From Raillietiella orientalis (taxonomy: Eukaryota), in contig JAYWIR010000005.1 of assembly GCA_036172245.1 (NCBI GenBank), positions 4,154,001-4,218,000 on the forward strand: DNA of 64,000 nt, read 5' to 3'. Under the pieces are notes generated by a model, which saw nothing but the letters and a program-made list of their open reading frames with translations, did not search any database and was not told the DNA's origin. Both the position numbers and the translations under genes were made by a program. Numbering within the stretch: the first letter of the stretch is position 1; every line of letters starts with the position of its first letter. Positions 24,207 to 37,397 of the stretch are shown piece after piece.

Positions 24207-25347
24207 ATGGCGTGCTGTGCCCACCACCACCGCCTCAGCGCCACGCTTCATCCCACCTCGGTCCCTCCGTCCTCCATCAAGCGTTCGCCAGCGCTCTTCC
24301 TTGGCTGCAGCGACAGCAATGGCGCCATCGCGGGAATTCTTTTTCGCCTTTTTTTTGAGCGCGGAGCAATCCGCTCACGTGGTCGCTGGAGAGGTCGGAT
24401 CAGCGGGACTTCGTGGCCCGGACCCACGTCCTCTCCCAAGTGGTAGCACGTCTGGCGCGTTTGACGCGGTGCACACACCCTCCTCCGATGTCACCTTTCG
24501 CTAACACCCCCAGGGACGGCCGCGAAAGCGGGCATCCTACGGTACTGGCATCTCCGAGTTGCCCTCTCACATCCTTCGGGGTGGATGCGCGCGGGAGCGG
24601 GGAAGCAAAGAGCCGAAGAAAGACCGCACGTCCCCTTCGAAAGGCAGAGAAGGCTGATGAAGAAAGACCCGGAAAAAGCCATCAGAAACCGGAAGAAGAA
24701 TCGACACGGGTCCCCTCCCTTGATGGGGACATGAATTCGCGGACGCTTTCGGAATCTGCCGGATCAGGAAATCTTCTAGGTGAATCCCGGCCACAGGGCA
24801 GAGCCGGCCGACCTCTGGGACAGAGGTGAGTGCAAAGAGGGAAGAAAAGCCGCTCTCAGAGCACCAGGACGGGGGCGTTTCGCGTGACGCGTCCCGGGTG
24901 CTCGGCCGCCTTGTCACCGCGAGGGTTTTTCGGCCCTCCTCGTCCGTGTCCTTCACTCCTGGCGCGCGCAGCCTGCAGTCTGGGTTTCTCGTTTTCGACT
25001 CTTCGGGCAGGAACCGCTGCTCCCGCAAGCTCCCGAAAGAGTGATGTCCACCCTCGTTTCGGAGCGGAGGCGAAAAACGATTCCATCCGTCCCCCCGGCT
25101 TCATGGCAGCGTCTCCTGTGATGCGGAAAGTGACCATTTCGCGAGCTGGAGAAGAAACCGCTTTCTCCTCTCCCTCCGAGCTCTCTCCATCTCCACCGAA
25201 TGCCCGTTCCCGGGGCGTGTCTCCGGTTCGTTCGCTCGCCCAACGTAGGTCCCCCTACTCTTCCCATTCTATTTCTCCCTGCAGAGCCACGTTGCCTCTA
25301 TCCTGTACAATGAGATTGGGCAATCGCCAGAATACGAGGGAGACTGA
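24207..25347 (+). CDS. Tentative orphan 4-exon gene, 259 aa, low complexity
   Basis: Phase-consistent model: 24207-24442, 24514-24779 (CTAAC branch plus CAG acceptor), 25011-25225, 25285-25347 (59-nt last intron with polypyrimidine tract; terminal SHVASILYNEIGQSPEYEGD*). No recognisable domain and some donors are weak. Confidence 0.3.
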
Positions 25348-27901
25348 AAGCATCCCACTAGTTTTCCTCAAGGAAAGTGGAAAAAGGGAAAGGGAAACGA
25401 GAGGATGGGAACCCGTTGAGCAGTAGGATGAGGATGAGGATGAGGAGCAGGACGGAGATGAGAAGAATGAGAGCGAGTGAGTGGGAGGTCAAGTTTCAGC
25501 CTCCGGTGGAGGCTGGATCCGATTGGTCCTCAGAGTCTCCCTCCCTTGCGTTGCGTTGTTTCACGCTGACCATCTGCTGTGCTGTTCCTCGTGACTACCG
25601 CGTTCGACTCATCACGTCCCCTCGCGGAGAGGTCCAGAGGTCCATCCACACTTTCCCTCCCCCGGCACTGTTGCGAGGGCTGGACTGGGTGGAGTCTCCC
25701 AGCTCCGTTGAAGCTCCCGTTAGTCGCTTGGATACTGCGGAGCGACCGCAGAAGAGGTGACACCATGGCATGCTCAGGGATCTCGCGTTGCCTCGAGTTT
25801 TCACCCCCTGACACCATCCGACCCAGCTCCTTATCCCCGGACTGGTCCGGACCGATCGATTCTTCACCGCTTAGTCCACTTGCCATCTCTTCGCCTCCAG
25901 GGAACCTCATTCCTACCTGTGGGGGCTCCCTTATCTGCCTTTCTCCACCCTTTATTCGTGGGCACCTGAATCCTCCAGGAAAACATTTCCAGGACCAGAG
26001 CAGAGAGACACGCCGACTCCGCTTGCATCGCTTCGCTTCCTGATTCTTGCGCCCCGAACCTGCCAACGCCTGCCCATCCATCCAATTTCTTCTCGAGGGC
26101 GCGCACCTTCCCTCCGCGTCCAAGAACTGTCATCCGCCTCAGGCTGGGGTTCTCATGGGGTTTCCGCAGTCCCTCCCTCGCTTCTCGCTCCTCTCGGTCC
26201 CGTCGCTCTCCGGAGACGCCGCGGAGTTCGGACTTGCACTGCATGCTTGCGCCCCCCCTCCTACCCTCCCTATATGGGACCTGCCTCCGGAGGAGCAGAA
26301 CCCTCTCAGGCGCTCTCTCTCACCTGCGAACGTAGAGGCATCATGGGTCTCAGCGAGATGCGTCGAAGACCATCCGGTTCCACGGCTCCTCGCTTCCGTG
26401 TGTCGGACTCGAGTAGAGCTGAAAGGGGGTACAGATTAGGGGTGCGGGTGATTCTGCAGGAGGAAGGGGCTGGCGGGCGAGTGAGCGAATCCGGAGCCGA
26501 GAGAGGGCGCTCACTCGCTCAGTCTTCAGCAGGGAGCAGGGGAAATGCGGAGGAGGCTACGAAGGAGCACCCCTGTAAGAAGAGTGTCCCGGCTAACAGG
26601 CCTACCCAACGTGTCGGGAGGCGGCAGTCGTCTCGGAATCCCCTGGGGAGCAGGAGAGCCACCGCTGCGCGTAGAGGGTGGCAACTGGAAGGGATGCGCG
26701 TCTTCCTGTTCGTGGCGGGAGAGGCCAGAGGGAGAAGCACCCACTCCTACCCTCGTGCTCCCGTCAAATGGCACCGTCTCCGGTGTTCTTCCTTCCCCCT
26801 CACAACACATCGGTGATCGCTCCCCATCGCGATCCCGGTGAGAGTGTCAGGCACGTGGGAACACTGGGGCGGCGAGACCTCGCTGCCGTGACTGCCAGCG
26901 ACGGAGACGAAAAGCTGTCCGCCTCCCCTCTGTTGGCGAGTGCCGGAACCAAGCAGACAGTCTCGGTGCTCTCCGCTCCGATCCAATTGCCAAGTACGTT
27001 CCGGAGGGATTGTCTGCCTTTTGAAAAGATGATAGCCTTCCGAACAGCCTTCATCAGCCTGTTCGGAAGGAAGTGGAGCGAGGCTTTTGCCCTCCTGCGA
27101 AGAGCACCCTCCCCCGAAAAGTAGCCACTGGGAGGTCTTCATCTTGGAAGACCAGACCTTCCCCGTTATCTTTCGCGAGGGTTTTGCCACTCCGGAACGT
27201 TCTTCGGCTGAAAGAAGAGGGTTCAAGACCGTCCAAGAACCGTGGCAGTGGACCAGCAAGACGGGGAAACGTTCCTGATTCTTTCTGGGGTCCTGGACGT
27301 GGGTCAGATCACGAGGAAGCTTCCGAAGGATTCCTGGATGGCTTTTGCTGCGGAGAGCAGGCGGGAAAAAGAAGAGAGGAAGTAGATGAGGGGAAGAAAG
27401 GGAGCAGAGAAGGAAAGAAAGATAAGAGGAAGCAGATGAAAAGGGAACTTCAGCCCTTCCCCTGTTCTTTTCCAGAAGCAGCTTCCTCGGACGACGGCTT
27501 AGCAGCTCCGGTGGCCGCCAAGCCCCGGAGCTTTCTCTGCTGGCCTCCGGCCGAAGGTCTGTCGTGCGGCGCTCCGTCCCTCGAACGCGAACGGCGACCG
27601 CACAAGCGTTTCCATCCGACGGCTCGGCGGACGGACGCACCGGAGCGCCGTGATAAGTCGCTGACTGCTTGGTTTCGGCACTTGCCAGTAGAGGGGAGGC
27701 GGACTATGGGAAGGAAGGGGGGGAAGCTCGGAGGGAATCGAACATCGGAAGGACAGGTCCGGCTGCTGGGAGAGGAGAACTGGGGACGGAAGGCGACCCA
27801 GAGTCGGAGGTTCTCCCATCTTCCCCCTTTCCCTCCTCCTCCGGGAAATGGGGCGCGCACGTGCCGAAAGCGAACCGGATCGGAAACGGGAACTTTCGGA
27901 C

Positions 27902-30900
27902 TCACAGGTTTCTCGCGTCCCGGGAGAGGAGGAGGAGGAGGAGAAGGAGGAGGAACACAGAGGAAGCTTTTCTCTCTCCGGAGGCGGGAGTGCCTGCTCC
28001 GCCTATCGCCAGGGGGCAAACCGAAAGACCGCGCGTGGCCGGAACCCGTGGACGCCTTGGTTCCTCGGCCACCGGGAGAGACGGAAAGGTCTTTCCGTCC
28101 GAGGGATCCGCCTGTGCGCGCGGCTGCAACAAATCTCCGCGCTCCCATTCACCCCACCCTCCGTCCTCACCTTCCCCAAGTCGAAAGGAGACTCGGCTGC
28201 GGCCGCCTGGACCACCACGGGGAAGTCGGTCGTTGTCGTCGTCGTCGTAGTCGTCGTCGTAGTTGTAGTCGCCGTCGTCGTCGTCGTGGGGAAGAACTGG
28301 TGGTCGGGGAACTTGAAGCAGGGATAGCCCTCCGCCAAGTCGAGGATCCCTAGGAGGAGGGGGGGAACAGCCGCTCGTCCACGCCCCATCCTTTCCCTCT
28401 CCTGTCTACCTTTGCTGCGGAACGGGAGCATAGAGTCCATTCCTGAGAGACGGGGCAGGAGCGCACTGTCCTCCGGGAAGAGAGTGGCTGCGAGATGAGG
28501 AGAGCCGGCGCCGCCCGCCGTATCCACCCCTCTTACTCCTCCTCTTCCCGCCCCCACCCTCTGGAAGTCCTCTTCCGGGAACGCGGGTGGGAGAGAGTCG
28601 ACTGGAGCGTACATTCTGTCTTCCCTCATGAAAGTCCGTCTCTGCGGGGAGAGCTCGCACGGGAGGGCAGGACCCACGCTGCCGCTCTTCCACGGGGAGG
28701 GGATGCTCGCCATTGCCGCCACCGGCCCGTCGGAAACTGCGTCCTCCGCCTTCGGGAACAAGGCGTGGTTCTTGAGGTGCTTGCGCAGGGAGCTGGGGTC
28801 CGTGTACCTCTTGCTACATCCAGGGTAATGGCACGCGTAGGGCTTCTGGAAGGGGAGCGAGGAGGGGAGAGTTGATATCGAAAAAGTAAGAGGTCGCTGC
28901 TTGTCGTGCCGCTACCATCCAGCCTCGAGTTCTCCCTCGCGTGCTTGAGTGTGTGTGCGCGTGTTTTCTGGAAGGGGAGGAGGGAGCTGAAGGTGAAGAA
29001 TAGGATGTTGGAAAATTTCCTACACAAAGTCCATCATAGAGACAGCGGGAAATTTGGTTCTCGTGCGCCAATTCTCTATTCCGTGCGAATTTCCCGAACC
29101 CCTTCCTCGAGCGCCTCCACGTGAGACGGCGTTGGTTTGCGGATATTCCGGAAGATGTCACGGCAGGTCTCGCGAGGAGTCGTCACGCAAGTGGCGCTGT
29201 GATTCGCCGAGACAAGTCGGGCTCAGAGAGGAAGAAAGATGGGAAGGGGAGGATGCAGGAGTGGGAGGGGAAGGAATGGATTGTTAATGTCTAACATCAC
29301 ATGGGTCCAGGTTCCCTAGGAGGAAAGAAGCAGTGGAAAGGAAAGGTGAGGAGAAGTGGGGCCCAGAGATAGGAAAGATTATGGGAGAGTAACGCAAAAG
29401 CTCCGAGGGGGGAAACACACGAGAAGGGGGTTGCCAGCCCGCACGGCAGGCGTTGGTCGCTCCAAAAAGCCTCCAGTGCCCCCAGCGAAGCAGCGTCCCC
29501 TTCCCTCACCCTCTTCACCCTTCTCCCGACGAGATCACTAGAGACCCCCTGCTCGCAGACCCTTTTCTCACTTCCAACCTTCCTATTCTCCTGGATAATT
29601 CCTTTTAGAGATCGGAGAGAGCCTATGGGTTCTTCAGAAGCGTTCCTCCCCGGAACTCGCCGAATGCCTTCGATGGCTGCCCTCATCCGCCTGCCATCCG
29701 TCCGAGGAGGGTCCACTCGCGTCCATTCTTCTAACGCCGGGAACGGGAAGGGGATGGAATCGGCTTCCCTTTGCCGCCCTCTTCTGCTCCTCTCTCATGT
29801 CTTTCGGGAGCATTTTAGGTACCGAAACCGGAATTACGAGCAGACACGCTCAAGGGATACGGAAGCTAGTCGTCGCATGCCCCAAGTGGCCCAGTGAACA
29901 CCCCAAGACCTCCGCGAGAAAACAGCCATGGACTCTTGTCGTAGGGGAAGGTTGGGAGAGGCTCTCTGGTTCCCGGTGCTCCGCCGAGCAAAACCTCGCT
30001 ACCCGAAGGGATCCCAGCTCTCTTCTTTCGGGCCCTCTTCCTAATTTCCTCCAAGGTCCTTTCTTTCCGCGCGCTCCCGCGGCTGTTCCTTCTCCCGGAC
30101 CAATAAGGGGAGTCCCTCCACTTCAAGCTCATGCTCCCAACTCTGTGGGGAGGTCCCCACTCGTACCAGCGTGGAGCCATTCTCCTTTCTCTCCACTCCC
30201 TTGGTCGCTCTCAAGGAAACGCTGCGCGCCGACGTCGAGTCTTCGCCGCCGACGCCGGGAGTGCCTCACTCAGCCCGAGGAGGGGGGGGGGGGTCGGCGG
30301 TACGGAGGACCTCCCCAGTCGAGTGACTTAGGGCTGGTCCTGTGGAGGCGTGGCAAGCGCGAGAGGGCGGGTGCAGGATTTCGCCTGCCAGCCGATAGAG
30401 TTGGTCCGCAGCCGGCAGATCCTCTTCGTGGGCCACAGCTGACCTCGGACGGCATCGCATACCCCTTGCTCCCGAGGGATCCCGAAGTCGCTACGCTCTC
30501 TCTTGTCGATTCCTCGCGCTCTGCACGGATTGATCCAGGTGGCAGAAATCGTTGCAAGCGCAGCAGCAGCAGACGCGAGAGGCGTTCACGCGCCGAGAGG
30601 CTCTTCCACCGGCTTCCTGGGCCGTTCTCAACGGCAACCAGCAGCAGAATCCCCAACGTTCTCCTCCCACTGCCGCAGCCTGCGCCGGATCGATCCCACC
30701 ACGCGCTTGGAGACTGAAAGACGAAGGGGGCCAGCCGGAGGATGGCTAAAGGGGTGGTGCTCGGAGGCAGCACAGGATGCGCGGAGCCTCACAAGTGTCG
30801 CCCTCCCGGGAGCCCTGAGAAAGTCCCCTACCTCCTTCCCGTCCTCCTTCCCTTCGGGAACTCGTTCGCAAAGAGACTTTGCACTCGATTCAGGAAGCGG

Positions 30901-33900
30901 CGAAGCGAAGTTTTCGGGTCCCAAAGGAACGTTCCCGTACGGAAGCTTCTCCGAGTACGCGGCTGACCAGGAGCTCTCCCAAAGGAATTCCTTCCGGACC
31001 TTCCTGGGATAGAGCTCTAGAGCTCCTGGTCTCTAGCATCCCCTTGAGCTCGGGACGGACATCTCGGGAGCGGCTTCACTTCAGAGCTTCCCGAGAGAGC
31101 ATGTCAAGGGAGTCTCCGAAGAGCGTGCAGTCCTGCAGCGCCTTCCTCCAGAGAGGCATTCGGAAGAGAAGTCCTCGGGAGCCCAGACTCACAGGCCGCC
31201 CCTCCGGATCACAGCCAACCCCGCCCCATTTTCCAGAAGCATTTCCTGGAATCGTAGGGGCCGCCACCTCCCCTAAAATCCCGTCGATGAGCGCTTGGTC
31301 TGCGGTTGCCTCTCACAGCTTTCGCGAGCCATCTTCCGCAGGAAAAGGAAATTTTACCTCCTGACTGCTGCCTTCCTGTTGCCCCCGTTTCCAGCTCCCA
31401 TAGCGCGAGGCAGGAGATGCCTGATGCGGCATCTCCTCAACCTTTTGTGCTTTTCGACCCATTTCAACCTCCCCTCCGGGAGACCGCTGGAGAAATGGGT
31501 AAAAAGCCAGTGTTTTCTTTCCGCGTCCTCTCCCCCTTCCCAGATTCCTCTATGATTTGCCTGGGGGCTCAGTCCCGGCAGCTGGTCGTCCTTTTTTCCC
31601 TGCTCTGTAAACGCAGACACCATTGTCCTGCAACTCGCGCAAAGCAACGGGAGCATCGGTGCAGAAGTGCGTGGAGAGAGGGAGGGAGGCCAGGAACCTT
31701 CCAGAAGGACGAGCAAGAATTGTCTCGGTGTTTTCCCAGCCCTAGTTTCCCGGAGATCGAGCCCAGCGCGCGCGTCTGCCTAGACCTTCATCGTCGATAC
31801 CCTCTTCCCCTGACTGCTCACGTGCTCCTTAGCGATTTAGTTCACGCCCACTCTAGAAAAAACGCCCACAGCTCCCTGCTGGATCCGGGACATCGTACAC
31901 CGGCCTGGATGCCCGCACTCTCAATGGGGAAGGAGGGATGCAAAGAGGAATCATTGCGATGCAAGGACACTGCGCGCGCGTGTGCTCACAGACTGACACG
32001 CATCTCTCAAAGGAAAGGAATGGCGGGCTTATCACGCGTGACGCGGAAGGTGGACAGAAGGACCCTGTCCCGATTTCATGGGCATTGCGCTCGGCTCACG
32101 CCATGGAACCCTTTTCTTGTGGTGCCCGCTCGAAGTATTCGCACGCCATTCGAAACAGAGAAAGAGGCTTCTCTGAGGTCATCCCGTGACGGCAGGTTTC
32201 GTGTTCCACAGACGACTGAAATCATCGTCATCAAACGTCGGCATCAATGATGATCCCATGATCGAATGGACAAGGAGGTAGCCCCTTCCTGGATAAGCGA
32301 AAAGGGACACAGGACACTTGGGCTATCCTCCCCTCCCACGGCACTTGCTGACCCTTCACGGATTCATCCGGAAACGTGGGAGCTGTCACCGATAAATCCA
32401 CACGTTCCTGCTGGAATTCCAAGAAAAGAGAAGGGTTTGCGTATCAGAGGGAGCTTGTTCTGCGGGCGAACAGAGGGATGGGGGGAGAATCGATTAAGAC
32501 CTCGTTATCCAAACGCCACTGAACGCCAAATACCGGCGCATCGAGCCAGCATCATCGCCTGCCGGAGACAGCTGTACCGCACGCATGTCCAGGTCAGATA
32601 GAAGGAAACAGAATGCCCCCTCCGGAGACAAGAGGAACGCAAACGACAATTGGACGTGGATCCAACTTGCCTCGAGAGTTCCTCCATGAACCGCTCAGGT
32701 ACGGACCGAATCCTAAGGTAAGGGGAGGAACGGACGAACTCAAGGGGTCAGAGCTGCTGTTAAGAGATCCTGGATTTCAGAGCTGCGCACAGCACCTCTT
32801 CATCTCCTTCATCAGTGATGAGCCAGAAGCGGTCTCAGGAACCGCATCTCCCGGAGGTGAACAGGAAGCGGCGACGTGTTGCCCTCTTCTCCAGGAAAGG
32901 CTCTTCTTTCTTCGTCTTTCTTCTTTCTTCGCCAAACCCTCTTTTTCACCTCGGCCGACCCCCTCTGTGAGATGGCAGCGGACGAGTCTCCTAAAAATCC
33001 GTGGGCTCCAGGTTGCACTCTCTCTCACTGGGTTCTCGAGCTCGGTGTCGTTTGGACGCGTGACGGGTTCGGAGGGAACGTCACTGAGGTCTCCTCTGCC
33101 ATTCCAGAGATTCACTTCTTCGCAGGGAAATCATTCTTCGCGCAGCATCCCGGTGCACCAACCGCCCTGAATGCACCACGACATTCCCGGTTTCCGGTCA
33201 ACGGCGACGAAGATTCGCAGATAAGCGCTCCCATCCGCTCCCTTCCTCCTCCCTAGATCTTTGAGGCGTCCACTTGTGCCTCCTCGGCGGTGTGAAACAA
33301 AGTCAAGTCCTCCGGCGAACTCAGAGATGATCGGCTATCCAATCCTCCTCCACGTCTTTCCGTGGGCAGTACAGAGTCAGCTTCGCTGCAAGCCCGCAGG
33401 AAGCAACGACCTACGGTCTTCAGTGAGCAAAGCAGCCTGCTGATTCCAGGAGGACGCAGTTTCCGGCTGTCTCTTCGAGCCGTGAGAGCGCCTGGAAGGA
33501 TGTCGCGGAACCGGTACGGAAACAGACGTTCCGGAGTCTGGTCTCCAGCGGATCCCGGAAAAACAAGCTGTTCGAGTAGAGTCAGCAGCCCTCTTCGGCC
33601 TGCAGCTTGGACGCTAGCAGGCTCGCTGGAGTCGGCAGCGCCATGCGGAGGAAGACATCGGAGATGAGAGAGATGACACACTCGCTCCCCTATAAAGCAC
33701 GCAGCTTTCGTGTAGTGAGACAGGTCCCTAATTTCCTTTCCGGGGGAATCAGACCAGCGTGTCCGGGAAACTGCATTCGGAAAGCGCAGCCACTAGGCAA
33801 GGAGGAGGGGGGAAAGGTAGGAGACAAAGAGAAGGAGCAGCTGGGAGAAGCTGGCGAGCGGATCCGAAACTGATGGAGCGGAAGCATAACCCCTTACGAG

Positions 33901-36756
33901 GAGTTTGGTTCGAAATGAGACAAATGGCGCACGGATGGTGCCGGCGTTCGAAATCGGCTCTCTGCCCTTTGTCTGGTGAGAGGAGGGAAAATTCCTGGGG
34001 GCTACGAAGAAAGACAAGAAAAAGACCACATCACGGAAAGCAGACATTCTACACGGGTGCGCGTGGCAACCAAGGTCAGATGGACGAGGATCGGACACTC
34101 CTACCCATGGAAGCTGCAGAAGGCTCCGTGGATGCAGGAAGCAAAGGGTGGGAGTAGGTGGACGGGAAATGCAGGTCCCCCTCCCCTTCGGCTAAAAATG
34201 ACTGAAACATTGCACGCGTCCCAGGTCCAAAGATGACTGTGGTCTCTGGGTCCGTTCTCAGGAAAGCCATGAGGTTGCGAAGGAGCAAGCCTTCCCTGAG
34301 TCCGAGGAGGATGGGGGAGGGGAAGAATCAACCCACTTGGCACGCCGAAGACTCGCCAGATTTTTCAAGATAAACGTGGAAAAGACAAGAAGAGGAACCT
34401 TCCCAGAGTCGACCGGAGCGGCACAGAAATAGCAGGCCAGAAGAAGATGATTGGACAGGTGCCAGGGACTCGCTGGAGGATGCAAGTCCCGGCCTTCCGG
34501 ACCACCGGACTCAGGAACGTCCAAGAACCTTGCAACGCGCGAGGTCCGAGAGCCCACAAGCACCCTATTGCACACGCGTGTGAGCGAAACGCATGCAAAA
34601 GCACACGCGCGCGTCCACGCGCCACATCTCCGGCTGAGGGGGCAGCGTCCTCTACAGAGACGGCTGTCGGTTGGCCGTGCTGCAGAATGCGTGGTTACCA
34701 TAGCGTCCTGCAGACATGGGACAGCCCGTGAGGGTCCCGAGAAGCTCGAGGATCCGAGGGAAGCTCAAATGAGCTAAAGAATCCTCGCTGTCCAGCGACC
34801 CGGGTCATCACCCCCGATTCCGAATGGGGGGACGCTCAGAGCTTTGGCACAGAAGGCTTTCGGTAGTTGACACGGACCTCCTTTGACGGAGTGGATAGGC
34901 AAGAGCTTGCTGCCGTGGATATGCTACTTAGCATCCGACGGAAGATTTGATGTCCAGGAAGGAGCACAGAGCGGCCTTAGAGACGGAGGACTTTTGATGG
35001 CCAGTATGCACCGTTTTCAGCGTTTGCAGTATGGAAGACTTTGGTGCGCACGTGCGAAACGCTCAGACGCACCAGAGGGTTGCGAAGGAAACGGAAACTC
35101 GGTGAAGAGAACCAACTGTTCCCGCACGGATGAGGAGGAAAAGAGTAAGAGGAACCGATCGGGACGACAAGTCGGGAGCGGGACCACAGCCTCAGAGTCC
35201 CTCCGCCTCCGCCGGGGAAGGAAGCGCACGGTTCGTTCCAGGCGGTCAGCGGAGATCGGCAAAAGAAGACTGTCGGTAAGCGCGATGATGGCGATGATGG
35301 AAGGCAGATGAGTTAGTAGGAGGGAAGGGGGAGACTGGGGGGTCTAGGAACCCCTTCCTTCCTGCTGGAGATTTCGTATCCCCAGGGAGCGTTCTCGCAT
35401 GTTTCGCGAGAGGTGAGGGTGGAGGCGATAGTCAGACCGGAAGGTTCCCCTCCCCATCCCCTCTCTCTCCTTCCTTACCGTGTCGAGATGGGTCCGCTGG
35501 TGCTTGGCCCTGTCCGAGCTGTTGCTGAAGGCTTTGACGCACTCGGGATACTGGCAGATGTAGGGTCGCTCCCCTGTGTGCGACCTGAGGTGGATCTTCA
35601 GGTTCTCCAGCCTGGCGAACGCCTTGGTGCAACCTTGGAACTGAAGGCGAATCCGGATGAAGGCGGCGCGGGATCGTGAAGGGGGTGAGTGGGTATGGGG
35701 GTTGCTGTCGCCACTTACCGGGCACCGGTTGGGCTTTTCTCCTGAGTGGATCCTCATGTGGATGAGCAGCTTGTAACGGGCGTTGAAGGGTTTCGTCTTC
35801 CTCTGGCAGCCGCTCCAGAAGCAGGTGAACTCGTCTCCCCTCCTCTGATCCACGTGGACCTTTTCGATGTGCGACACCAGCTGTCCCTGACTCGGGAAGG
35901 CGCAGTAGCAGTCGATCCACTTGCACAGGATCTGCGGGGCAGGGGCTGCGGCGAGGCAGCCGCTTCTCTCCGAGCAGGGTTCGCTGGCGAGGTGTCCCCG
36001 GCGGCATCGCTTCGCCGCCATTGATAGCAGCATCGGCGACGGCGGCGCCTGCGGCTGCTGCAGCTGCAGGCGCTCCTCGAGGAGCGCTGCAGGAGAGGGC
36101 AGGAACCGACCTCCGTCCGCCGCCGCGCCCATGGCTGCGGTGGCCTCGTCCGCAGAGGCTCCTGCCGTCCTCCAAGGCGCGTCGCCTGCCGCATCGCAAG
36201 AACTGGAGTCCTCAGAGCCGCCGCACCCGTCTACAACGGGGACCAGGAAGGCAGCGCTCTCCTCTCCCACGGGAACCTCTGCACAGAAGGGACTCCCCGG
36301 GTCGCTCGAGAAATCCTGGTCACAGTGCTGCAGGAACCACTCTAGGAGCGTCTGCATCCGCAGTCCCGGAGTGGTGTGGTGGCGGTGGTGGTGGGGGAGA
36401 TCGAGGTGGGGGTACTGCTGCCCATTCCCGTCGACAAGGGTCAGGATCTCGCGCTGTTCTTCCCGTGGCCTTCCCAGGTAGGGGAGCATGGCTGGGTTTG
36501 CCGGGTCTTCCTGGAAGATGGTGGCAGCGGCCGACGCCGCCACAGGCGGGCCCTCGTCGAAGACCTGGTAGGTCAAGACGTCCGCGAAGGCCTGGCTCCA
36601 GTCCGCCGCCGGACCTCCAGGACAAGGCCCTGGTACAGCCTCCAGGAAACTGCCGATGTCCGGGAGGCAGTCCTCCTCCTCAAAGGATCCCGAGGGAGCT
36701 CCGGGAACGTTCGCGCGGCCGAAGCACGGCTGCTTGGCGATGATTCCTGACTGCAT
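27902..36756 (-). CDS. lmd: Lame duck / GLIS1-3 type Gli-similar C2H2 zinc-finger transcription factor (whole gene span)
   Basis: Exons 36756-35719, 35640-35479, 28845-28410, 28349-28171, plus an uncertain last exon (to 27902, or read-through to 28003). Spliced fingers: [156 protein letters not shown] and [12 protein letters not shown] mark the GLIS1/3-Lmd group rather than Gli/Ci or Zic. ATG context is gccATG. Confidence 0.93.
28171..28845 (-). CDS. lmd: lmd/GLIS coding exons with zinc finger 5 and a C-terminal poly-Thr region
   Basis: Acceptor CCTTCCAG before 28845, then [27 protein letters not shown] in frame with ORF 28003..28761. 60-nt intron at 28350-28409. Donor GTGAGG at 28170. Confidence 0.9.
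28228..28287 (-). repeat. (ACN)n trinucleotide repeat encoding a poly-threonine tract in lmd/GLIS
   Basis: An imperfect gtc/gta repeat on + translates as TTTTTATTTTTTTTTTTTTT on -. Confidence 0.9.
35479..36756 (-). CDS. lmd: lmd/GLIS coding exons with N-terminus and zinc fingers 1-4
   Basis: ORF 35344..36756. Intron 35641-35718 (GTAAGT...TTCAG). Donor GTAAGG at 35478. Confidence 0.95.
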
Positions 36757-37233
36757 GGCGGGAGGGGTGAGCCTGCTGGGTGGTTCTGGAAGGAGAGGTG
36801 GCTCTTCTCAATGAGCACCCAAGGGAATCCCCAGGGGCGAAGTGCAGCTCGGCGCGCCGCCGGCCCTGCCCCCTGCGGTGGCGCGAAGGGCGGGACGGGG
36901 TGCCCGGGACTCGCCCTTGAGCCCACACGCGCTCCCCGTTGCTCTTCTGCACGTGACAGGGGAATGCAGGAGGGAGGGAAGCGGGAATCCCTTCTTCCGG
37001 AGACGAATGTCACTCGGACTCTCCCACTCGAGTCCTTCCTGCTCTCTCGGGGGACGGAGAGCGGCTCCTCGAGAGGGCAGGAGCCCACACCCTCCCTATC
37101 TTTCTTCTCTCCTCTCCCCCCCCGCCTCCGCCCTCCCGACAATACCTTTTGCCTGTGGCGGCAGCGATGAAGGGGCATGGAGAAGGCAGGGTCCACACCA
37201 TCCACGCGCGCACCACGTCCACGTCCGGGTCGC

Positions 37234-37397
37234 ACTGACGTCCGCCTCCGGCAGCGGTCGCCGTTTATAGCGGGCAGCCTCTCACCGCGACCGGGCGCTG
37301 TTGATTGGCGCGTGCCTCCCGGCGACCACTCCTTCGGGGCGGGCTCCCTTTTCCGGCCTCCGGGAGCTCCTGGAAGCGAGGAGGCGGTCTGACGTCA
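37234..37397 (-). promoter_or_regulatory. Core/proximal promoter of lmd/GLIS
   Basis: On the minus strand: Inr TCAGT (37238-37234), TATAAA (37269-37264, ~33 nt upstream), CCAAT (37308-37304), GC box (~37336-37343) and palindromic CRE TGACGTCA (37390-37397). A donor AAG|GTATTG at 37145 closes a short first exon. Confidence 0.7.

Noticed and set aside
33691..33696. TATAAA on + inside the large lmd intron
   Set aside because: No Inr or downstream exon structure to support an antisense promoter.
35344..35478. ORF read-through after zinc finger 4, as given in the ORF track
   Set aside because: A strong GTAAGG donor at 35478 and the in-phase finger-5 exon at 28845 show this is intron.
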